A stretch of 64,000 bases of DNA from Candidatus Methanomethylicia archaeon (GCA_038845975.1 JAWBQF010000002.1:64001-128000); one strand, 5' to 3'. Shown: positions 19,137 through 30,284, counted from the stretch's first letter. Notes: generated by a model not told the origin, from the sequence alone. Numbers and translations: made by a program.

Positions 19137-19360
19137 CACCTTACAGTTAAAAGGGGATTCAACAACACCATAATATTTCTGAATCTTAGAAAGCTTATAT
19201 ACAGGTCGGTTAAATATTTAGTAAAGAGTATTCTTAATGGGGAAGTGTAAATTTCTTATTATTTCCTACCCTAACATGCACTAAATCCCTAAAACTAGCA
19301 GTAAAACAAGATTAGAACATGGAGGAAACAAGTTTAAGCTGCATAAAAAGTTATGGATTA

Positions 19361-20077
19361 TTAAAGATGCTCTCTAAGTAACTTCCCATATCCAGTTATT
19401 GATTCATGTATTCCAAGTTTTCTAAGTGTAGCCCACATTGTTGCTTGATTACTTGTAACTACAGGTCTTCCAAAGTCTTTTTCTACAAGCTCTATTACTT
19501 CAATGGTTCTAAAATTCGTGCAACTTACAAATATTCCTTCAGCCTCCTGGGTAAATATCTCCCTTACTAACTTATAAGCTGTAATGGGATTCTGCCTTCC
19601 TATTTCAGTATTTCTTCGAATATTTAATCCCTTGATATTAATAACTTTAAATCCTCTCCCTTCAAGAAACTCCTTCTCCTTAACATTTAGAGAGTCTATG
19701 TAGGGAGTTGCAACAATAATTTTCTTTATCTTAAGCTCTCTTAAGGCCTCAACAACAGCTGTAGCTGTAGCCACTACTGGTAAGCGAGATATCGATTCAA
19801 GTCTGCCTGCTAGCTTTAAATCGAAGTCCAAACCTCCAATAAGGCTTCCAGTAGTACATCCATAGACAAGTATATTTACATCAGCATCCATAAGCTCTCT
19901 AGCAGCTTTCTCAGAATATTTCTCCATTTCCATAAGTTCTTCAGGTATTGCTTCTACAAGACGCATCCTCGCAGTATGTATTGATACTCCTTCAGGAGCC
20001 ATTCTATAAAACTCCGATTCCATTGTTGTATTTGATGATGGAACCATTAGGCCGATTCTAGCCCTCCATCCATACAT
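19361..20077 (-). CDS. Maleate cis-trans isomerase / Asp-Glu racemase family protein
   Basis: GWRARIGLMVPSSNTTME, YGCTTG, SCTNF and PVVTSNQAT. Confidence 0.9.
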   Translation of the reverse strand: MYGWRARIGLMVPSSNTTMESEFYRMAPEGVSIHTARMRLVEAIPEELMEMEKYSEKAARELMDADVNILVYGCTTGSLIGGLDFDLKLAGRLESISRLPVVATATAVVEALRELKIKKIIVATPYIDSLNVKEKEFLEGRGFKVINIKGLNIRRNTEIGRQNPITAYKLVREIFTQEAEGIFVSCTNFRTIEVIELVEKDFGRPVVTSNQATMWATLRKLGIHESITGYGKLLREHL

Positions 20078-20081
20078 ATCA

Positions 20082-21545
20082 TCACCTAGATGAGAAATAC
20101 ATTTTTAAACACTCTTCTGGAGGCGGCTTCGTAACTGCTGAAATAATGATTGTCAACAGTATGGACACTAGAACACCAACTCCAAACGGCTGTATTCCAT
20201 ATATTCTTGTACCCCATAACATCTGCCAAACTGCAAATACAATAAGCCCACCGAAAACACCACTAATAACCCCCCATTTATTAACTCTCCTCCAGTAAAG
20301 CCCAATCATCATCGGTGCAAAATATAGAACACCGAGAATACCCCAGCAATAAGCTGAAAACTCAATAATTATAGGTAGTGGATATAGTGTTATTAGAGTA
20401 CAAATAATCACTATAACAACAGCAAGAATCCGCGCAACAGCTAACATCCCCCTTTCAGAGAGCTTCAAGTACCTCAGCATATCTATGAATACTATTGAAT
20501 TACATATTTGAACTTCACTATCAATGGTGGACATAGCAGCAGCAAGAAGACAAGCATAAAATAGACCTACAACTATTGAGGGAAAGTATTTTCCAAATAT
20601 GAGAGGCATAATATAGTCAACACTCATACCTTCAGGCATTGTAGGTATAAATATTCTTCCTGCTAATGCTGTAAATGCCATACACGTATATATAATGAAT
20701 AAAATAGGCCAAGCTATAACATACATTTTTAGAGATAAATCTATATTCCTAGCAGCTAGTATCCTCTGAGTATATCTAACATGAGCTGCAACTCCAGGAG
20801 CCCAGTTAAGCCATAGAAACAGCAATGAAATGAATGTATAAGTACCAATAGCAGATGTAAGTAGTCCGCTAGGTGTTGGAGATGCTCCTGGGGTTGGAGG
20901 AGTACTTATTCTTGAAACCATAGTGTAAAGATTTCCAATTCCACCAGTAGTAAGTAAAGCCCATACCCCACCAATTATCAACATCACTGTAAACATAATA
21001 CCTTGAAATATATCAGTATAAGCAACGGAATAGAGTCCACCAGCTATAACGTAAATCAGTATTATAATCATCGATAGAAAAACCCCCTCTTCATAAGCTC
21101 TACCTAAAGCCATACTCCACACAATACCTGTAGACTTTATCTGGACGATAAGTGAAACCATTAATGCTACGACTGTAAGTAAACCTACAAATACTTGGAA
21201 ACCATATGGAAGACCAAACCTAACCTTAAAGTATTCATGCGGAGATATAAGCTTAACCCTTCTGAGTTTTAAAGCTATAAACATACCCATGATACTTCCT
21301 GTAGCCCAAAATACTGGAAGCCAGAGGCCAGACCAGCCACTCCTATATACTAAGCCAGTAAACCCGAATACTGAAACAGCACTAAAATATGTTGCAAAAT
21401 ACGTAAATGTAAGTGGAATTAATCCAAGTCTATGGCCAGCTATTAAGTAATCCTTCGAAGACTTAACATATCTTGCAGCATAGAAACCAATAAGGAGTAC
21501 AATAACAATATAGCTAATCATTATACTTAATATCTCAATACTCAT
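20082..21545 (-). CDS. Sodium:solute symporter (SSS family)
   Basis: DYLIAG, ATYFSA, GGLYSVAYTD and AAAMSTIDS; many TM helices. The ATG at 21545 has a GAGGTGA RBS and is preferred to the TTG at 21572. Confidence 0.92.
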   Translation of the reverse strand: MSIEILSIMISYIVIVLLIGFYAARYVKSSKDYLIAGHRLGLIPLTFTYFATYFSAVSVFGFTGLVYRSGWSGLWLPVFWATGSIMGMFIALKLRRVKLISPHEYFKVRFGLPYGFQVFVGLLTVVALMVSLIVQIKSTGIVWSMALGRAYEEGVFLSMIIILIYVIAGGLYSVAYTDIFQGIMFTVMLIIGGVWALLTTGGIGNLYTMVSRISTPPTPGASPTPSGLLTSAIGTYTFISLLFLWLNWAPGVAAHVRYTQRILAARNIDLSLKMYVIAWPILFIIYTCMAFTALAGRIFIPTMPEGMSVDYIMPLIFGKYFPSIVVGLFYACLLAAAMSTIDSEVQICNSIVFIDMLRYLKLSERGMLAVARILAVVIVIICTLITLYPLPIIIEFSAYCWGILGVLYFAPMMIGLYWRRVNKWGVISGVFGGLIVFAVWQMLWGTRIYGIQPFGVGVLVSILLTIIISAVTKPPPEECLKMYFSSR

Positions 21546-21546
21546 A

Positions 21547-21657
21547 CTATTCACCTCTAATAAGCTCGCCAAATCTCTTTCTAATTATATAGTATATAGG
21601 GATTGGAACAATGCAACATATAAGGAAAAATATCATTAAAGCTATGAAGTCTCCCAT
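21547..21657 (-). CDS. 36-aa single-TM symporter accessory protein (not in the ORF track)
   Basis: MGDFIALMIFFLICCIVPIPIYYIIRKRFGELIRGE*, preceded by a GAGGTG RBS. Its stop lies 1 nt before the SSS start. Confidence 0.7.
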   Translation of the reverse strand: MGDFIALMIFFLICCIVPIPIYYIIRKRFGELIRGE

Positions 21658-21942
21658 TCTTAACTACACCTCTAATATAGACTTTAGAGTTTTACTTAAA
21701 CTTTTCGCTATTTTACTTTGTGACCCAATCTTAAAGTTTGTAGATTCAAGACATGAAGTATGAGGAAGTAAATATTTCTATATATTGTAATATTAATGAT
21801 GTAGATTACGAGAACGGATATCAAGCTATAAACTGTTATTCTATTTGTAGCTTAATCACAAGCATAAATAAAGGGCTTATAAGGTATTCGTGACAGTAGA
21901 TAGGTTTATATGGTGGGTAACTGTAAGCTAGATTGATTAGAT

Positions 21943-22728
21943 ATGTATTCTAGAGTTTGGCTTCATGAGATGACTTGGCCTGATGTTGAGGATGCTTTAT
22001 CTAAAGGTAGAGATGTTGTTATTATTCCTATTGGTAGTGTTGAGCAGCATGGACGTCACTTACCGCTGGGTTCAGATAGCTATGTAGCTATAGCTTTAGC
22101 TGAAGATGCTGCATTAATGACTGGAGCTATAGTTACTCCACCTATATGGTTTGGATGGAGTCCTCATCATATGGCTTTACCTGGAACTATAAGTATAAGA
22201 CCTGAAGTACTTATTGAGTTTCTCCATGATGTTTTATCATCTCTTATAGAGCATGGATTTAGAAAGTTTATAATTGTTAATGGTCATAGAATTGTTAACA
22301 TACCCTGGATGCAGATAGCTGCTGAAAGAGTTCAGAAAGAGTATGGTGTTAAAATCGTTATTTTCGATCCTGCATATATGAGCAGGGAGGTTTCTGATAA
22401 GCTTGGATTTGGTCCTGTAGGGCATGCTGAGGAAATAGAGACCTCACACATACTATTCAAGCTTCCAAATCTAGTACGTATGGAGGAGGCTAAGAACTAT
22501 ATACCGCCTGAAAAAGTACTCTACCATGTTGATCCTAGAGTAAATAGAGATACGTTATGCTATATTCCAAGTAGAAGAGAGGATGTTAAGAAGCTTAAAG
22601 ATATTTCAGGTGGAGCCGTTGGAAAACCTACTGAGGCATCTATTGAAAAGGGTAGGAAATATCATGAATATCTTGTTTCAAGACTTATAGAAGTTATAAA
22701 TATGCTTAAGGGTGCTGGTAATGTTTAG
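21943..22728 (+). CDS. Creatininase (creatinine amidohydrolase) family protein
   Basis: GSVEQHGRHLPLGSD, SPHH, NGH and GHAEEIETS metal/catalytic motifs. Confidence 0.9.
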   Translation: MYSRVWLHEMTWPDVEDALSKGRDVVIIPIGSVEQHGRHLPLGSDSYVAIALAEDAALMTGAIVTPPIWFGWSPHHMALPGTISIRPEVLIEFLHDVLSSLIEHGFRKFIIVNGHRIVNIPWMQIAAERVQKEYGVKIVIFDPAYMSREVSDKLGFGPVGHAEEIETSHILFKLPNLVRMEEAKNYIPPEKVLYHVDPRVNRDTLCYIPSRREDVKKLKDISGGAVGKPTEASIEKGRKYHEYLVSRLIEVINMLKGAGNV

Positions 22729-24805
22729 GATTGGTATAGATATTGGAGGGACATTTACGGATCTAGTTGCAATAAATGATGAAACAGGAGAACTTATAAA
22801 TATTAAGGTTCCAACAACACCTAGAAACCCAGTTACTGGAGTTATAGATGCATTCAACAAATTCTTTAAGATGGAGAAAAATCCAAATATAGAAATATTA
22901 ATTCACGCAACAACAATAGCTACAAATGCTCTTCTAGGTCAGGCTGAACTAAATCTACCTAAAGCTGCATTAATAACTACATTTGGATTTAAGGATATAG
23001 TTGAGATTGGTAGACAGAGAAGAGCTGAACTATACAATTTATTCTTCCAGAAGCCTAAACAGCTTATTCCACGTAAGTATAGATTTGAAGTTAGGGAGAG
23101 AATAGATGCATACGGCAATGTAGTTACTTCACTTAATGTTGAGGATGTTAAACACATTATTGATAAGATTAAAAGCGAGGATATCGAGGCTGTAGCTATA
23201 TGCTTCCTAAACTCCTATATTAATCCAATTCATGAGATTAAGGTTAAGGAGATGATTTTAGAGACACTACCACATTTAAACATTTCATGTTCATCAGAAG
23301 TTGTAAAGGAATATAGAGAATATGAAAGATTTAGTACTGCAATTGTAAATGTTTTATTAATTCCTATAGTATCTAGATATCTAGGAATGCTTAGCAATGA
23401 GTTAAGGAGGATAAATGTTTCAGCTCCCCTCTTCGTTATGCAGTCTAGTGGTGGAATGGCTTCAGTAGAGTATGCATCAATGAAGCCTGTAGCAATTATT
23501 GAATCTGGACCAGCAGCAGGAGTTGTTGCATCATCCTTCTATGCTGAGGTATTAGGAGTTGAGAACATAATAAGTTTTGATATGGGTGGAACAACAGCTA
23601 AAGCTGGAAGTATTAGGAGAGGAATTATAGAGACGACGTTAGAATATGAGGTTGCTGGACGTGTACATAAGGGACGTATGGTTAAGGGAAGCGGATACCC
23701 AGTAAGAGGATGTTTCATAGATTTAGCTGAATGTAGTGCTGGAGGAGGGACAATAGCATGGGTTGATGAAGCTGGAGCATTAAGAGTTGGACCTATAAGT
23801 GCTGGTGCATATCCTGGACCGGCATGCTATGGTTTAGGTGGAAAGAAGCCGACAATTACCGATGCTAATCTAATTCTTGGAAGACTTAACCAGAAATACC
23901 TGTTAAATGGTGAAATGCCTATAAGCATAGATCTATCTAAAAGAGCTATAGAGGAGGAAATTTGTAATAAGCTAAACATATCCATTACTGAAGCTGCTTC
24001 AGGTATTGTAAGAATTATAAATTCAGAAATGGCTAAAATCATTCGTATAGTATCAGTAGAGAGAGGATACGATCCTAGAGAATTTACAATTATTGGGTTT
24101 GGAGGAGCAGGGCCAATGCATGTCTGTGCTCTAGCTGAGGACATAGGGGTAAAGTCAATAGTTATACCTCCAAATCCAGGATTATTCTCAGCTCTCGGAC
24201 TTCTTGTCTCAGACTTCAAATATGAGATTACAGAAGCTGTTATGTCTAAAGCCGATCTAGAAATAGCTAGCAAGCTAGAAAACATATTTAAAAGACTTGA
24301 GGAGAGAGGTTTAGAAACATTAACATCATTCTTTAAAGGAGATATAGCTGTAAATAGATATTTAGATATGAGATATATAGGTCAATCCTACGAGCTTATA
24401 ATACCAACTACAAAACCAGTAAGAAATGAAACAATCATAGAAGCCTTAAAATACTTCCACGATAGACATGAAGAGGCTTACGGATACTCGGCAAGAGAAA
24501 GTGAGGATGTTGAGATAGTGAATGCTAGAGTTGTAGTTACTGGAATTGTTAAGAAGCCTAAGTTTAAGATTATAGATAAAGGTGAAGAAGAACCACCTAT
24601 TGAGAGTATAATTGAGAATAGAAGAGTATTCTTTGAGGAGGTAAACGACTATATTAACTGTAAAGTATTTAGGAGGGAAAAGCTTAAAGATGGAAACATT
24701 ATTAATGGACCTGCTATTATTGAGCAGTATGATGCCACAACAATAATATATCCTAAATGGACTGCTGAAATAGACCGTTATGGTAATATACTAATGAGGT
24801 GTTAA
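22721..24805 (+). CDS. Hydantoinase/oxoprolinase subunit A (N-methylhydantoinase A-like)
   Basis: IDIGGTFTD, HATTIATNA, ESGPAAG, DMGGTT, AGGG and GGAGPMH. The ATG at 22721 is preferred as start. Confidence 0.93.
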   Translation: MFRIGIDIGGTFTDLVAINDETGELINIKVPTTPRNPVTGVIDAFNKFFKMEKNPNIEILIHATTIATNALLGQAELNLPKAALITTFGFKDIVEIGRQRRAELYNLFFQKPKQLIPRKYRFEVRERIDAYGNVVTSLNVEDVKHIIDKIKSEDIEAVAICFLNSYINPIHEIKVKEMILETLPHLNISCSSEVVKEYREYERFSTAIVNVLLIPIVSRYLGMLSNELRRINVSAPLFVMQSSGGMASVEYASMKPVAIIESGPAAGVVASSFYAEVLGVENIISFDMGGTTAKAGSIRRGIIETTLEYEVAGRVHKGRMVKGSGYPVRGCFIDLAECSAGGGTIAWVDEAGALRVGPISAGAYPGPACYGLGGKKPTITDANLILGRLNQKYLLNGEMPISIDLSKRAIEEEICNKLNISITEAASGIVRIINSEMAKIIRIVSVERGYDPREFTIIGFGGAGPMHVCALAEDIGVKSIVIPPNPGLFSALGLLVSDFKYEITEAVMSKADLEIASKLENIFKRLEERGLETLTSFFKGDIAVNRYLDMRYIGQSYELIIPTTKPVRNETIIEALKYFHDRHEEAYGYSARESEDVEIVNARVVVTGIVKKPKFKIIDKGEEEPPIESIIENRRVFFEEVNDYINCKVFRREKLKDGNIINGPAIIEQYDATTIIYPKWTAEIDRYGNILMRC

Positions 24806-24806
24806 A

Positions 24807-26531
24807 ATGGTAGACGTAGTAACTGTTGAAGTTATAAGAGGAGCATTAATATATGCAGCTGAGGAAATGGGTATTTCACTAAGAAATTCGTCATATTCAC
24901 CGAACATTAAGGAGAGAATGGATCACTCCTGTGCTATCTTCAATCCAGATCTAAAACTTATAGCTCAAGCTGAACATATACCAGCACATTTAGGATCCAT
25001 GCCTTACGGTGTAAGGAGAGGAGTTGAAACATATGAAGGGGAGCTTAAAGATGGAGATATACTTCTCTATAATGATCCATATATTAGTGGAACACATCTA
25101 CCAGATATAACTCTTGTAGCGCCTGTATACTTCAATAACAGTATTATTGCTTATGTAGCTAATAAAGCCCATCATTCAGACGTTGGAGGTAAAGCTCCTG
25201 GAAGTATGCCTGGAGATGCTTCAGAGCTATTCCAGGAGGGAGTAATTATACCACCAGTAAAATTCGTTAAGAATGGAGAGGTAGATAATGAAATTCTTAA
25301 AATCATTCTAAGTAATGTTCGTGAACCCTATATAAGAAAGGGGGATTTAAGAGCACAGGTAGCTGCAAATATGCTTGGAATACGTAGAATTAGAGAAATA
25401 TGCTCTAAATATGGAGTTAAAACATTTAATGAAGCTATCGATAAGATAATAGAGTATTCAGAACGTAGATTAAGAAGGGAAATAGCGAAAATACCTAAAG
25501 GAATATATGAAGCTGAAGACTGGATGGAGAGTATAGGGGTTAGAGAGGAGAAAGCAAGAATAAAGGTTAAGATTAAAGTGGAGGAGGATAAAGTAGGATT
25601 CGATTATACAGGTACAAGCCAACAGGTAGATGGACCTATAAATGCAGCCTATGGGGTAGCAGTAGCAGGAATATACTACACATTACTTTGTGTTACAGAT
25701 CCTGAAATACCAATGAATGAGGGATGCTTTAATCCAGTATCAATACACATACCTGAAGGAACAATACTAAACCCTAAAAAACCAGCTCCAGTAAGTGGTG
25801 GAAATACTGAAACATCCCAGAGAAATGTAGACACATTACTAAAAGCATTCTCCAAGGCAATACCGAATAAGGTATGTGCAGCATGCACTGGATCAATGAA
25901 TAACGTAGCTTTCGGAGGAATTGATGAATATGGAAGGACATGGGCATTCTACGAGACAATAGCTGGAGGCTATGGCGGGAGATATGGGCTTGACGGAGTT
26001 GATGCTATACATACCCACATGACGAACACGATGAATACACCTATAGAAGCTATTGAGAGAAACTATCCAGTACTCTTCCTAAAGTATGAAGTTAGAGAAG
26101 GAGGATGTGGAGCAGGTAAATGGAGAGGTGGATGTGGAGTTGAAAGAGCATGGAAACTCTTAGCACCATTAGCAACCCTATCAATAGTTTCAGAGAGGCA
26201 TGAAATACCTCCATGGGGTCTCCTTGGAGGAAAAGATGGAAAAACAGGGGAAGCATTCATAATTAAAGCTAATGGTGAAGTAGTAAAGCTAAAATCAAAG
26301 CAAACAGTTAGAATGGAGAAGGAAGATATATTCATAATAAGAACAGCTGGCGGTGGAGGATATGGAGACCCGTTAGAAAGAGATCCTGAACAAGTCCTCA
26401 TAGACCTAGAAAATAAATACATAACACCAGAGCAGGCAATTAGAGATTATGGTGTAGTAATTATAGATGGAAAAATAGACTATGAGGAAACATATAGGCT
26501 AAGAAGAAAACTAAGAGTAGATAAAAAATAA
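24807..26531 (+). CDS. Hydantoinase/oxoprolinase subunit B
   Basis: SPNIKERMDHSCA, HIPAHLG, NDPY..GTHLPD, AHHSDVGG, NTPIE and GGGGYGDP. Confidence 0.93.
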   Translation: MVDVVTVEVIRGALIYAAEEMGISLRNSSYSPNIKERMDHSCAIFNPDLKLIAQAEHIPAHLGSMPYGVRRGVETYEGELKDGDILLYNDPYISGTHLPDITLVAPVYFNNSIIAYVANKAHHSDVGGKAPGSMPGDASELFQEGVIIPPVKFVKNGEVDNEILKIILSNVREPYIRKGDLRAQVAANMLGIRRIREICSKYGVKTFNEAIDKIIEYSERRLRREIAKIPKGIYEAEDWMESIGVREEKARIKVKIKVEEDKVGFDYTGTSQQVDGPINAAYGVAVAGIYYTLLCVTDPEIPMNEGCFNPVSIHIPEGTILNPKKPAPVSGGNTETSQRNVDTLLKAFSKAIPNKVCAACTGSMNNVAFGGIDEYGRTWAFYETIAGGYGGRYGLDGVDAIHTHMTNTMNTPIEAIERNYPVLFLKYEVREGGCGAGKWRGGCGVERAWKLLAPLATLSIVSERHEIPPWGLLGGKDGKTGEAFIIKANGEVVKLKSKQTVRMEKEDIFIIRTAGGGGYGDPLERDPEQVLIDLENKYITPEQAIRDYGVVIIDGKIDYEETYRLRRKLRVDKK

Positions 26532-26532
26532 T

Positions 26533-28056
26533 TTATTTTTTATAGATTTCCTCCTCTAGCAGCTTATGAAACTTCTCTATTTTCTCCGGTGAGGGAGGCT
26601 TAGTAAATAGACTAACAATAAATGTAATTACTATATTTATCAGGAATGCAATCATACCTCCATGAAATCCAAAGGGTCTATACAGCCAAGCTGGAAGACC
26701 TAATCTCCCAGTAAACTCAGTAACTATCACTATTATTGAGCCGATAATAATCCCAGTAATTACAGCTGCTTTAGTTACCTTAAATCTTCTTGTAGGATAT
26801 ATAGCTCCTATTGTTGCTGGAAGTAATTGTAGAGTTCCAGCTCCTGCAAATGCAACTATGTCAAATATTATTCCAGGTCTATATATAGCAAGCCATGCTG
26901 AAAGTATGAAGGCAATAGCTATAAATATCCTACCAATATTTATTAGTGTTTTATCTGATGCTTTAGGATTAATTTTCTGATAAATATCTCTAGTTAAAAC
27001 AAGACTGAAAGCATGGAATTGACTATCCATAGTTGACATAGCTGCAGCTGCAGCACCAGCTAATAATACTCCTGTAAACCATGGTGGGGCAAACTTTGTA
27101 AGCATTGCAGGCAGCGTTGCATCTACTGTTCCATATGTTTTAACAATTTCAGGCATTAATCCCTTAACTACAGCTGCAGCCGCTGTAAATCCAATGAGAG
27201 CTGCAGGAATATATATAAACATTAAGTATAGAGGTGTTGTTGCACCAAGCCACTTCAACGTTTTCGGATCACGAGCAGTATAGTATCTAACCCATAAGTG
27301 TGGCTGTAATACAATCCCGAAGGAGAAGACAAACGTCATACTTAACCAGTACGTGTAAGGTACATTAATGGTTAAAAGTGTTGGTTTTTCAGTAGCTAAG
27401 ATACTAAATACTTCAGCTATCCCACCCTTAAATACCGTAAATGCTAAGAATAATCCAGCCACCCATAAAGCAACAAACATCCATATTCCTTGGAAAACAT
27501 CAGTCCAATATACAGCTCTTAAACCACCTGTCAAGCAGTATAGAGCTGTAAAAAGGCTTAAAGCTATCATTCCATAAGTATAGGGGATAACATTTTCACT
27601 AGCAACACTTATAATGTATCCTAAACCCATAGCCTGCACTACTATGTATGGTACTAGAAATATAGCCATGATTATAGCTACGAGAAAACCTATAAAGCGG
27701 CTATCATAGAAGTCGGAGAGTAGATCGCTTGGAGTCATATAGCCATACTTCTTCCCAAGTATCCAGAACCTATAACCTAATATATATGAGCATAAACCTG
27801 TGAGGAAGGTCCATGTACCAGCATCCCAGAAAAACACTCCAGTACCATAAAAAGTACCACAAGACGTAAGTATAGCATATGCGCTATGATATGTAGCTAC
27901 AATAGTTAGGTAAAGCACAAAGAAGCCTGCAAGACGACTTATAAGAAAATAATCCTCAATATTTACTCTCAATCTCCTAAATGCTAAAACTCCAAGCATC
28001 CCTACAAGGATAATGTAGGCAAGTATTATTGATGTGGATATAATCCATGCCTCCAT
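26533..28056 (-). CDS. Sodium:solute symporter (SSS family)
   Basis: EDYFL, GGLRAVYWTD and AAAMSTMDSQ. The ATG at 28056 has an AGGTGA RBS and avoids overlap with the upstream small gene. Confidence 0.92.
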   Translation of the reverse strand: MEAWIISTSIILAYIILVGMLGVLAFRRLRVNIEDYFLISRLAGFFVLYLTIVATYHSAYAILTSCGTFYGTGVFFWDAGTWTFLTGLCSYILGYRFWILGKKYGYMTPSDLLSDFYDSRFIGFLVAIIMAIFLVPYIVVQAMGLGYIISVASENVIPYTYGMIALSLFTALYCLTGGLRAVYWTDVFQGIWMFVALWVAGLFLAFTVFKGGIAEVFSILATEKPTLLTINVPYTYWLSMTFVFSFGIVLQPHLWVRYYTARDPKTLKWLGATTPLYLMFIYIPAALIGFTAAAAVVKGLMPEIVKTYGTVDATLPAMLTKFAPPWFTGVLLAGAAAAAMSTMDSQFHAFSLVLTRDIYQKINPKASDKTLINIGRIFIAIAFILSAWLAIYRPGIIFDIVAFAGAGTLQLLPATIGAIYPTRRFKVTKAAVITGIIIGSIIVIVTEFTGRLGLPAWLYRPFGFHGGMIAFLINIVITFIVSLFTKPPSPEKIEKFHKLLEEEIYKK

Positions 28057-28064
28057 AATCTCAC

Positions 28065-28292
28065 CTAGGGCCTCCAGACAAATAAAGCTGTAACTATAAC
28101 TCCAATAGCCATCAGTACATACCAGAATGTTAGCCAAAAGTATATGAATGGGAATCCGCTGATGAAAGGCTCGATTCTATTAGCCCAGCTTAATACAGGC
28201 CATTCAACCATTATGAAGCATATGAGGACCCATAATAGCATTACTAAGCCCTTCAAAGTTCTCGGAAATAAGTGTGTTCTTTCTGCACACAC
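28065..28292 (-). CDS. Small two-TM symporter partner (DUF3311-like)
   Basis: WANRIEPFISGFPFIYFW motif; lies immediately upstream of the SSS gene. Confidence 0.8.
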   Translation of the reverse strand: MCAERTHLFPRTLKGLVMLLWVLICFIMVEWPVLSWANRIEPFISGFPFIYFWLTFWYVLMAIGVIVTALFVWRP

Positions 28293-28339
28293 AAAATCTA
28301 AATATACTACTAATATTTAAATCTTATTAGGAAGCTAAG

Positions 28340-28630
28340 AGAATTCATATAGGTCTGGTTTTATCAGTCCTAGAAACTCCCATTCTCTACATGTAAATGT
28401 ATTTGCAGCTTAAGCCCATACGTAAGCAACCTCCTTGATAAGGCTTAAAACAACATACATAATCCTACCATCTATGTTAGCAGCATCATAAACAATACAA
28501 TTCTAACCTCTCCTCTACTAAGCTCATAATAAAGAGTAAATATATTCTCCCCCAACAAACTTAACAGTTTAACCATTGTTTCACCATAGGCAAGGAGAGA
28601 GTATCAAATAGAGCTAGAGTTTACAAGGCT
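28340..28630 (-). mobile_element. Heavily decayed IS6-family fragment (bounds approximate)
   Basis: The minus-strand sequence resembles the element copies at 42132-42814 and 49740-50283. An end-like motif CTAGAGTTTACAAGGC lies at about 28615. Confidence 0.4.
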
Positions 28631-28843
28631 TTTTAAAGATTAATTTCGGTTTTGATTATATATTTAGTAATAAAGGACTCTAGATATGTGTACATAGCAA
28701 TACCTTAATTAGTAGCATATGAATATTCATAAATAAAATCGATAAATTAATAATTCAGCTTAATAGACTGGAACCTACACAATATTTATAATATGGGATT
28801 TTTATTAGAATTTTCTTAAATAAAGAGGTAAAAAATGGTAGTA

Positions 28844-30232
28844 TTATTTTAGTTCAGGAGGTATTTCAAGTTTTGCTTCTGCATATTCTTTAGGCCATAT
28901 TACAGTGCTTTTTCCACCTTTCCATTGTAGAAGTGGGAAGAAGAAGTGGTCTTTATCAACGAAGACCTCCATATAATGTACAGTGCCCGTTGGTCCTGGA
29001 GTTTCAACTTCTTTGTTAAACTTAATCCCCATGAATAGCCCACGATAATCCATTCCTAGTAATGTATCTCTTAACTTATCAGGATTTAATGTGCCTGCCT
29101 TATTTAAACCTTCTATTAACATACAGAAATTGTCATGAGCCCAGTATCCGGAAACAACTACTGATGGCTCGTAACCATATTTAGCCTTAAACTTTGATAA
29201 CCAATCTTTCTGCTCCTTGGTTAATGCTACACAACCATCCATGCTAAGTACATAGTCTGAAGCCTCTTTAAGAGTTGGATACCACTCATCAGGTGAGAAC
29301 CATCCTATACCGAATACTCCTTTAAATGCTTTGATTTTCATCTCGTATGCTTGCTTTAGAAATGCGTTCATACTTGGTAGGCTTGTAGATACGATATAGA
29401 CAAGGCTTACATCAGCGTCCTTGTATTTCGATATGAATGGTGTAAACTCGGTTTCTGGTGGGGAGAGAGTGAAAACATCATAGTAAACAACAGTCCAACC
29501 ATATTTTTCAAGAGCTGCCTTTAAAGCATCTCCCATACCTCTACCATAGTCTGTTTCCTCAACAATTACCGCTGCCTTCTTATTCCTTAATGTATACCCT
29601 ATATCCTTTATAACTTCTTCGAAAGCTGGTACAAATAGGCTTCCATAGAGAGGTGGACATGGCCAGCTCTTAAACCAATACTTGCTTTCAGGAGGATTCT
29701 TTATTCTCTCATAGCATAGGAATTGAGTTTCACCCACATCTCCAAAATGTATTTTTCCATATTTAGTAGATATCTTATATAATGCCATAGCAACTGAGCT
29801 ATGCCAATTCCACCCAAGTATATCAACCCCCAGCCTTACTATAGCATCCTCATATGCTTTAACAGCTTCAGCAGGATCCGACTTACTATCAAGCCATATA
29901 AGCTCTATATCTCTAAGCTTTCCATCAACTAGAATAGGAATTTTTCCTGCAGCTTTAAGCTCTGCATAGGTAAACTCTATAGCATCCTTAAACTCCTTAC
30001 CAGTTCTAGCAGCAGGACCAGTTAATGGGGGAATAAATGCTATCTTGATAGGGGGACCGACAGGAGTAGTAACAGGAGTAGGAGATGTAGGGGATGTAGG
30101 AGTAGTAACAGGAGTAGGAGTGGTTGGTTTAGGAGCTGTAGCAAAGTAGTATGCTAAGGCTGCAATAATTATTATTATAACAATTGCTATAGCTATATAT
30201 GGTACCTTCCCAGAGGATTTACCTCTACTCAT
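28844..30232 (-). CDS. ABC transporter substrate-binding protein, branched-chain amino acid/amide (LivJ-like) family
   Basis: N-terminal TM anchor, Pro/Thr linker, IKIAFIPPLTGPAA, DSKSDP and ETDYGRG. Confidence 0.9.
   Translation of the reverse strand: MSRGKSSGKVPYIAIAIVIIIIIAALAYYFATAPKPTTPTPVTTPTSPTSPTPVTTPVGPPIKIAFIPPLTGPAARTGKEFKDAIEFTYAELKAAGKIPILVDGKLRDIELIWLDSKSDPAEAVKAYEDAIVRLGVDILGWNWHSSVAMALYKISTKYGKIHFGDVGETQFLCYERIKNPPESKYWFKSWPCPPLYGSLFVPAFEEVIKDIGYTLRNKKAAVIVEETDYGRGMGDALKAALEKYGWTVVYYDVFTLSPPETEFTPFISKYKDADVSLVYIVSTSLPSMNAFLKQAYEMKIKAFKGVFGIGWFSPDEWYPTLKEASDYVLSMDGCVALTKEQKDWLSKFKAKYGYEPSVVVSGYWAHDNFCMLIEGLNKAGTLNPDKLRDTLLGMDYRGLFMGIKFNKEVETPGPTGTVHYMEVFVDKDHFFFPLLQWKGGKSTVIWPKEYAEAKLEIPPELK
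30062..30120. repeat. 23-bp direct repeat encoding the Pro/Thr linker
   Basis: AGGAGTAGTAACAGGAGTAGGAG occurs at 30062-30084 and 30098-30120. Confidence 0.85.
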
Positions 30233-30284
30233 AAGAGTCCATACTTAAGTACAAAACTAACTTATAAATCTATCCACTGAAATT

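Noticed and set aside
30062-30135. Short repeats as a possible CRISPR array
   Set aside because: Only two 23-bp copies, in frame within a Pro/Thr linker; no spacers or cas genes.
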